From contig JAFGGO010000110.1 of NCBI GenBank assembly GCA_016930515.1, positions 1-14,692 of the forward strand: 14,692 nucleotides of DNA, read 5' to 3'. The position numbers were made by a program, and so were the translations under genes. Below, piece after piece: positions 1 through 7,100 of this stretch; within the stretch, counting starts at the first letter, position 1, and every line of letters starts with the position of its first letter. Under the pieces are notes generated by a model. The model saw only the letters and a list, made by a program, of their open reading frames with translations, was not told the origin of the DNA and ran no database searches. This stretch comes from Promethearchaeota archaeon (GTDB lineage: Archaea > Asgardarchaeota > Lokiarchaeia > Sigyniarchaeales > SOKP01).

Positions 1-896
1 GCAGAAATGATTAAATCCGCGAATAATTTCATGTCATTGAGGAGCGTGTTGATCTTGTCTTGGGAAGCCATGTCAACCTCTCCCGACTTCATGATGATGA
101 CGGAAATGATATACTTAAATATGTGAAGTTCGACTTCCTTACCGTCTTCGTTTCTGCCCTTAAATGTGGCCGAATCTGACATGAAGATGTTTTCCCTGAT
201 TGTATTACACGCATTGATGTAATCGCGTAAATCGCCTCTCAAAGTCAATCCCGTGCTAACACCTTGAACGTTATGGCTTATTACATTTCCCGATATATCT
301 GAAATTATGATTTTAGCCTTAATTTCTTCCAATTTCTTTTCGGCTTTTTCTACATGTGTTTTTAATTCGGCATAAGACGAAATTAATAAATCCCTGAATA
401 CTTTCGAAAGCTTGTCCTGCTCGTAAATACTCGTAAGCAAGTAGGAAAACTCGTAATCTTTAAATAAATCCAAGAAAACTTCCTTTGCCTTTTTAACGTT
501 CGTGTCCAATAATTCTTTTTGATAACTTTCAGTATCGTACTTATGTAGAAAAAGGGAAATTTTTGGCTTTTCATTGTTTTGACGATAAATATTCAGTAAT
601 TCTTTAAAATATTCTTTCGCTTCGTCAAAACGATCTGGATCGTGTAAATCAACGATCGGAATGAGAATATCGGTACCCTTAAAGATTTCGGGCTTTTCCA
701 TGTATTCTTTCCGGTATTGTTCTTGACCACCGAAATCAAAAATACCAACTTGTAATCCTAAGAAGGGGTGCCTTCTCGTCTCGTAAAGAATTGTAGGCGA
801 CAACTTTTTGGTATCTTGAGCAGTTTTTTCCGCGAACGCAACCGAGTACAAGCTCGTTTTTCCGCATCCTCCCAAACCTACTAGACTAATTTTCAT
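1..896 (-). CDS. Rag/Gtr1-like small GTPase with C-terminal roadblock-like domain (3' end truncated by the window edge)
   Basis: Translated by hand: ATG at 896 and 298 uninterrupted codons to the edge (MKISLVGLGGCGKTSLYSVAF...). G1 GLGGCGKTS, G2 T35 (SPTI), G3 DFGGQ (54-58), G4 HKYD (118-121), G5 TSIY (155-158). HKxD and TSI(Y/W) are Rag-type signatures. Residues ~175-298 show a helix-strand-strand-helix-3 strands-helix pattern (KIIISDISGNVISHN...EVELHIFKYIISVIIM...DKINTLLNDMKLF). AAGGAG lies 9 nt upstream. Confidence 0.92.
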   Translation of the reverse strand, partial: MKISLVGLGGCGKTSLYSVAFAEKTAQDTKKLSPTILYETRRHPFLGLQVGIFDFGGQEQYRKEYMEKPEIFKGTDILIPIVDLHDPDRFDEAKEYFKELLNIYRQNNEKPKISLFLHKYDTESYQKELLDTNVKKAKEVFLDLFKDYEFSYLLTSIYEQDKLSKVFRDLLISSYAELKTHVEKAEKKLEEIKAKIIISDISGNVISHNVQGVSTGLTLRGDLRDYINACNTIRENIFMSDSATFKGRNEDGKEVELHIFKYIISVIIMKSGEVDMASQDKINTLLNDMKLFADLIIS

Positions 897-905
897 GTTT
901 TTTTA

Positions 906-911
906 CTCCTT
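906..911 (-). promoter_or_regulatory. Shine-Dalgarno site of the GTPase gene
   Basis: ctcctt on + reads AAGGAG on -, 9 nt before the ATG at 896. Confidence 0.7.
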
Positions 912-977
912 GTTTTGATATTTTGTGTAATTATTCTTTTAATTTAACTTTTTTAAAAAAATGTTCATGGTGAGTGT

Positions 978-2441
978 TTATTTCTCCGCTGGAGCGAATT
1001 TTATTGATCTCGAGAATATTTTTCCGTATTCTTCCGTAGATACCTCGACTAATACCGTTCCTTCGAGATTTTCGACAGGATATCCGATTTCTAATTCTTC
1101 AAACGGAAATAATTCTTTTAAAGTAGCAACCCAGGGATTTTTTTCAAATACATCTTCTACTAATGCTATGCGCGCAGTAATGTTTTCCAAGGTAAAACCC
1201 ACAGTATTCGTAAGCGTTAAGTTTAGAATATGAGTTTTTTCGTTTAAATCCTTTCCTAAACTCAGCGTTTTTCTCGTCCCTATAAGCGATTTTGCCTTGT
1301 CTGTAATTGGTCCCGATTCAAATCCTTTTTTAGTGGTTTCTTCACCTTCTTTCAAAATAAACACCTTTCTTTTTTGGATGTTATATTGAGTGACTTTCTT
1401 TAATTTTGCCAAGAAAAGTACTGCGTTAAGGTTTATGGATTCAAATGGATCAACATTAATATAACCTTTTTTGGCTGCGTCTTCCACTATCTCTGTACCA
1501 AGACCTGTACGCGCGAACACGGTGTTTTTTCCAGGACCGCTTCCTACAGAACCAATAGAAATATCCGCTTTTTCAGCAGTTAAATCCGTACAGAAATTAC
1601 AGCTTGAAGATTTATAACGATGTAAAGAAGCTATCGTATAAGATTTTACAGGATCTGAATTTAAGGTTTCATACAAGTGAAATTTTCCCTTATTGATGTC
1701 CATTTTGGTAATCTTTGATATATCTATTCCATCTTTTTCAAATCGGGCATATAAAGTTTCTGGAGAAAAACTATCCATGCAAAACAACCCGATCTTTAAT
1801 ATATGAGCCCTCATGAAATATTTAAGCATTCCTGCAGGACTACTCATCATTTTATCGACAGCGTTAATATTACATGGCGTACCTACAAACGCTATCGATC
1901 GAAAATCCTTCCTTATTGCTTCCATCAAGGCTTCGACTGTTTGACTATGTGCATATACCGAACCAGCGCTTTTAATAATCTCTTCCTTAGAAGTCGCTAT
2001 TTTAGCCATGGGATACCACGGTTTTTTCGGGTTTTTCATCGTTACGATGGCAGCATCGATCAAATGCTCGTCAAACAAGTACGATAAGATACTTACCACC
2101 GTTCCACCGTCTTGGCCATCAATAACTTCAGGAATGTTAGTTCGCGCCGAATAACCCGTTTTGAATTCCCCCATTAATTCAATCGGATCGGTAATGGTTC
2201 TAGGACATTGATTATAACAAATGCCACATCCAGTACACTTACCTATCAGTTTTGGTTGACTCGTTGCGTGGTCCCATTCGAGCACGCTACACACGGCAGC
2301 ACAAGTTCCACACTGCGTACAAATACCCGTTCGAACGATTTCCTTCATTAGCATTCCATAAGAGTCTTTCTTTCCCTCTAGTTTTCGAGAAATATAATCG
2401 AACGAATAATCGTATTCTTGTTTTTCTTTCTCTTCAGTCAT
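978..2441 (-). CDS. Coenzyme F420 hydrogenase/dehydrogenase beta-subunit family protein (FrhB/FdhB/FpoF-like) with N-terminal 2x[4Fe-4S] ferredoxin and a C-terminal Ig-like extension
   Basis: Ferredoxin motifs CTQCGTCAAVC and CTGCGICYNQCP. FrhB-family motifs GQDGGTV, AGSVY, FVGTPC, IGLFC and CNFCTDLTAEKADISIGSVGS. About 135 extra residues follow the usual end of the FrhB domain. Confidence 0.92.
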   Translation of the reverse strand: MTEEKEKQEYDYSFDYISRKLEGKKDSYGMLMKEIVRTGICTQCGTCAAVCSVLEWDHATSQPKLIGKCTGCGICYNQCPRTITDPIELMGEFKTGYSARTNIPEVIDGQDGGTVVSILSYLFDEHLIDAAIVTMKNPKKPWYPMAKIATSKEEIIKSAGSVYAHSQTVEALMEAIRKDFRSIAFVGTPCNINAVDKMMSSPAGMLKYFMRAHILKIGLFCMDSFSPETLYARFEKDGIDISKITKMDINKGKFHLYETLNSDPVKSYTIASLHRYKSSSCNFCTDLTAEKADISIGSVGSGPGKNTVFARTGLGTEIVEDAAKKGYINVDPFESINLNAVLFLAKLKKVTQYNIQKRKVFILKEGEETTKKGFESGPITDKAKSLIGTRKTLSLGKDLNEKTHILNLTLTNTVGFTLENITARIALVEDVFEKNPWVATLKELFPFEELEIGYPVENLEGTVLVEVSTEEYGKIFSRSIKFAPAEK

Positions 2442-2609
2442 GTTAGTTCAGATTTATATTGGCATGTATTTTTGATATGTACGAAAATGGATTTTTTTAA
2501 AAAAAGCTTTTTAAAATTTTTATTAACATAATTGAATATCATAATTAAAAGAATTTAATAAATTTTAGATACATAATGCAATTTCAAGATTTAAAAAAAT
2601 CAAATAGTA

Positions 2610-3455
2610 TTAGAGATTATTTTTATACTTATCGTCCCAATCTTTTAAAGCTAAAGTCAATGCTAGGAATTGATTTTGGAAGTTTATAGGTTCTGAATAT
2701 TCTCGGAAATATAAAAAAGGATTAATTTTGGATAGAATTGATTTATTTTTTCCTTTTCTTGGAAACCATTTCGAGCGCGATATTTCTTCATACAAACGCT
2801 TACCGTTTTTATCGCTTTTCCAACATAGTTTATTTGAAGTCATGTAAATTCTTATCGATTGTTCTTCTGAATTTTTTTCTTTAAGGAGCTTGAAATCAAA
2901 ATCAAATTTTATGTAATATTTTCCCTTTAGAGTTACTTTTAATTTATCGTCGTTTAAACCCCATAATAAAAGGAAAAATAGGCTCAAAATTAAATATAAA
3001 CGAGAAAATAGGATTTTATAAGAATTATATAATTCAAAATCAGGCATATCGAGTAAAGAAAAAATAATTATAGTTAGAACAAATAAATATTTTCCACCAG
3101 TATTTTTTTTCACATTGAATCCCAAATTTTTTATTTCGTATATAATGAAATTCACTAATGAAGGAGTTAATTTTTGGTAAAGGTATTTTATAATTCCAAT
3201 AAAAGCAAACATGAAAATTAAGAACACGCTCCACTTTCTATTCGAGCTCAGTATGGGTGGCGGGTTTGTATCCAAAAAGGGAGAATGAGTCAAAGTGTAT
3301 TTCAATTGGACGATGATTGCACTAAAAACTATATAGAAAACCATTATTAAAATAACAAAAATGATTTCTTTTGTGAGATTGCGTAAAAGTTCGTTTCTAA
3401 TCTTTAGAGCGCTTCTCGAGTCGTAAGAAATCTCTGATTTTTTTTTATTTTGCAT
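2610..3455 (-). CDS. Hypothetical multi-pass membrane protein with a soluble C-terminal domain
   Basis: 281-aa ORF with about 4 hydrophobic segments (IIFVILIMVFYIVFSAIIV, WSVFLIFMFAFIGII, YLFVLTIIIFSLL, LYLILSLFFLLLWGL) and a ~110-aa basic/aromatic tail. It starts 23 nt after the stop of 3479..3943, so co-transcription is likely. Confidence 0.8.
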   Translation of the reverse strand: MQNKKKSEISYDSRSALKIRNELLRNLTKEIIFVILIMVFYIVFSAIIVQLKYTLTHSPFLDTNPPPILSSNRKWSVFLIFMFAFIGIIKYLYQKLTPSLVNFIIYEIKNLGFNVKKNTGGKYLFVLTIIIFSLLDMPDFELYNSYKILFSRLYLILSLFFLLLWGLNDDKLKVTLKGKYYIKFDFDFKLLKEKNSEEQSIRIYMTSNKLCWKSDKNGKRLYEEISRSKWFPRKGKNKSILSKINPFLYFREYSEPINFQNQFLALTLALKDWDDKYKNNL

Positions 3456-3478
3456 CCTAAGTTGATTATCATTTCTAT

Positions 3479-3943
3479 TTATTTTCCATCACGCCATTGT
3501 CGAACTTTATTCTTATTTTCTTCTGGAGAAGTCCAAAATTTCTGCACTATTTCTCGAAATAATCCGAAGTCTGGATTATCTTCCTCATTTATGTTTACGA
3601 TATGGAATTTAGAACTTTTTCTCTCAACATTGATATATCCTTGTTCTTCTAAGTAATCGAATGCGTGCATCAGTTTTTCTCTTCTATCTATATTAAGGCA
3701 ATTTTTTACGTCCGTTTTATTGATAACAGATTCAAATTTTGCTAATTTTGCTAAACTCGCAAGGACTAATCCTGCTCTCAAGGAGCCTAAATTGATCAAT
3801 TTATCAAAGATCTTATTAGTTGTTTCTACCATTTTCATGAGGTCGTTGTACAAGTTAATTTTTTCACTTCCGTTCAATTCTAAAGATTTTTTAAAATCAT
3901 CTAATTGATATTTTTTAATGAAGTCCTCGAGAGAAATTGTCAT
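3479..3943 (-). CDS. Winged helix-turn-helix domain protein (putative DNA-binding regulator)
   Basis: INKTDVKNCLNIDRREKLMHAFDYLEEQGYINVERKSSKFHIVNINEEDNP fits the archaeal HTH + L-x-x-x-G-(Y/I)-I + wing pattern. A BRE/TATA-like element sits directly upstream. Confidence 0.7.
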   Translation of the reverse strand: MTISLEDFIKKYQLDDFKKSLELNGSEKINLYNDLMKMVETTNKIFDKLINLGSLRAGLVLASLAKLAKFESVINKTDVKNCLNIDRREKLMHAFDYLEEQGYINVERKSSKFHIVNINEEDNPDFGLFREIVQKFWTSPEENKNKVRQWRDGK

Positions 3944-3965
3944 GATTTTAGTTAACGCGAGAACT

Positions 3966-3980
3966 CATATAAATTCGTTC
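3966..3980 (-). promoter_or_regulatory. Candidate archaeal BRE + TATA promoter (leaderless or short leader) for the wHTH / membrane-protein pair
   Basis: The minus strand reads GAACGAA-TTTATATG. The TATA element is 23-30 nt upstream of the ATG at 3943, the canonical archaeal spacing. Confidence 0.6.
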
Positions 3981-4014
3981 TATTTTGAATATACCAACAA
4001 TGCTATTATAATAA

Positions 4015-4035
4015 TTAGACAAAGATCCTGTCTAA
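4015..4035. promoter_or_regulatory. Perfect 7-bp inverted repeat, candidate operator
   Basis: TTAGACA-aagatcc-TGTCTAA, intergenic, 35-55 nt upstream of the BRE/TATA of the wHTH gene. Confidence 0.4.
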
Positions 4036-4136
4036 GAGAGAAGAATTATTAGAGCAATCCACTTTTTTTTCATTCTTTTTACAAAATTACAAACGATTTT
4101 TAATTCAATATGAATAAAAATAGATAGAGAAAAAAA

Positions 4137-7100
4137 TTATTTTGTACATGTTTTTCGCTTATTCAAGATTGTAAATCCACCAATTACTAAAGATGTTATT
4201 CCAAAAAGACATGATATTTCAATTGGCCAAGAACTAATCGTTTCGGAATCGTTTAATTCTAAAACAGTAATGAGAATTTGGTAAGAAGACTCGTCTCCAT
4301 CTAAGTCAATGATAGTTAATTTAACCAAATATTCTCCACTGGAAGTGAACCGATGAATTACATCATTCTCTTGCGAACTTGAAGGGTCTCCAAAATCCCA
4401 ATTAAATTCTAAATTACCGTTTCCTATCGAACCGTTAAACTGGAAATAAATCGAATCACCTACTACAATATTTGTAGCATTAGCTGTAAAGCTTGACAAG
4501 GGTAATAGATCTTCTAGAACGGTAATAAAACCTACTTTTATTGTAGAGTTTTTATCTCCGTCATTATCGGTTAAATTCAAGCGAATTGAATATGTTCCTG
4601 GTGCTAAGTACATATGATTTGGCTCGTGTTCGGTGCTGTTTGTTCCGTCTCCAAAATCCCAATAATACAAGGATGGCGTATTTCCCTCGTTTCCCGTAAA
4701 ATTGAATTGAACTTGTTGACCAGCAATAATTTCCTTTGGACTTGCGATAAAGTTTACATGAGGTTTTAAATCAGTTGATACCGAAATAAAATCTAACTCT
4801 TGAATTGAATCCTTGGATCCATCAGAAAAATTTAATCGCAATTCGATGGAATATGTTCCGACAAGCAAGTATTCGTGAGTAGCGTTCATTGTGGAACATG
4901 TATCTCCATCACCTAAAATCCATTCAACCGAAGAAGGAAGATCTGGAATCACATTAGAGAAATAGAAATTAATTTTATCTCCTAAAACAATATTCGTACA
5001 ATTTGCTTCAATATACATGTGATGCGACCTATTTACTAATGGATATCGATCAAAATTATTAATTGCTCCAAAAAGAGGATATTCATCTTCTCCAATTCCA
5101 TCACCGTTAGCATCGGAACCACCATAATCGTCCCAAAAATTCCCTTGAGTTCCTGAATCCCAAGCGTTGTTTCCCGAGCTCATCTCTTCCCTTGCGTTTT
5201 CAGTATTATTGACAAAATTATTTTTGGAGAATTCATTATGGACATTAAGATCATTTTCAATAAATACGCCCGTAATAGAATTATTTGCGATCAAATTGAA
5301 TGTGAATGTATTTAATGTATTCGTTCCTTGCATGTAAATTCCGTATTTATTTCCTTCAATGAGGTTTTGAGATATCATGTCGTTTTGGTTGCTTGATTCG
5401 AAGTAAAGACCAGATTCTGAATTATTCTTGATATAATTCTGTGCTATATTGTTCTTAGTACAGTTATTGTGTATGATAATGCCATTCATTATATTGTTCT
5501 CAATATTATTTTTCAAAAGCAAATTAGCCGAGCAGTTAAAATCCAAGCAAATACCGTGTTTCTCATTGTACTTAATGCTATTATTCTGAAGCAAGTTATC
5601 GTTACAATGATCTAATAAAGATATTCCTTGTTCCCTATTGAAAGATACGATATTCCCTGTTAGGTTGTTTTTATTACAATAGTTATCCAAGACAATCCCA
5701 TTTTCAAGATTATGAATTAACATGTTATGATCAATCGTATTTTCTGAACAACTTCCGTTCAAATAAATCCCAAAGATAGTATTATTGCTAACTAAGTTAA
5801 AACTGATATTGTTGTTTTTATTTGAAATTAGACTGATACCGTAAGAATTCAAAGAAGCGTTATTGTTTGATAATTGATTATCTCTTGTATTTTGTTTAAG
5901 CAAGATACCACACATTCCGTTGTTAACGATTTTATTGTTTTTAACATCAATATAGGAAGCGCCCCTCCCGAGAATTATGCCATTTTCACTATTTTCATTC
6001 ACGGTATTATTTGTTATAAACTCATGAGTTTCATAAATGTTTATGAATATCCCGTTTTTGTTATTGCTAATATTATTGCTATTTATTACATTATTTCCAC
6101 CATCAATAGACATGCCATAATTAGAATTGGCACTAATGTTGTTATTCTCAAAGGTATTCCTATAAGCAACCATTGTTCCAACTCCATCAGTATTGTGATG
6201 TATTTGGTTATCAGTAATATTATTATCGCAACAGAGATAACTTATATATAAACCCGAATTTTCGTTGTAACTTAAATTATTATGAGAAATATTAAAACGA
6301 GAGCTATATGACATCGTGATTCCAATAGAAGTGAAAGAAATGTTATTGTATAAAATGTCGTTCTCGTAGCATTCGTAAAATTGGAGCCCATTATAGATAT
6401 TATGATAAAGTTTACTATTCTTTATCGTGGTAGTATTGGTATCCTTAGCGAAGATCCCATACCAGCCATTATTATTAGCCGTGATATTATCCATTATGAT
6501 TTTATTAGAATTATACAGTGTAATGCCATTTTTAGAGTTATTGCTTGTTATAACATTTTTAATCGTATTATTGAAACACGAATACATGTATATTCCTATT
6601 GAACCGCTGGATACATTTATATCAGAAATGGTAGCTTCAGAGCAATTAAACAAAAGTATTTGTCCTGCATTGGTGAGATTTGAGTTATCCAAGCCTTTAG
6701 CGTCCATATAGAAGTAAATTGGTTTATCATTTACTTCGTTAGAAGTATTAAGTTTAATCGTCCTTAAAAAGTCTAAAGATCCACCTATACTAATGCCGTT
6801 TTTAAATAAATTATTATTAAAAACAGTCAGAGTTTCACAATTACTTGAAACCATTCCATAATCCTCATTTGCAGTTAAATTATTATTTGAGATTTGTATA
6901 TTTTTAGAACTATATAATCCTAAACCTATGGTGTTTCCTGTAGCCGTGATATTCGAAATTTCTAAATTTTGACAAGAATAAATATAAATTCCACAATACG
7001 CGTTTGATATACTTAAATTGTTAATCATAGAGTTTGAACAATTAATCAATAGAAGTTGCCCTGGATCGGTAAAATTACTTGAACTTAATGCCATTTCGTC

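Noticed and set aside
383-574. 63-aa minus-strand ORF from the track
   Set aside because: Lies out of frame inside the GTPase gene, which has all G motifs.
961-2446. Plus-strand ORFs 961..1233, 1803..2087 and 2252..2446
   Set aside because: Antisense shadows of the FrhB-family gene with no recognisable motifs.
2442-2460. In-frame TGA three codons upstream of the FrhB-like ATG, considered as a possible selenocysteine extension
   Set aside because: An in-frame TAA lies two codons further upstream with no start codon between, so no extension is possible.
1-2610. Higher GC in the first two genes than in the rest, considered as an island boundary
   Set aside because: Judged from only a few sampled lines and explainable by amino-acid composition. 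No integrase, tRNA or flanking direct repeat was seen.
3040-3908. ORFs 3040..3234 (-), 3450..3656 (+) and 3720..3908 (+)
   Set aside because: They overlap better-supported genes in another frame or on the other strand.
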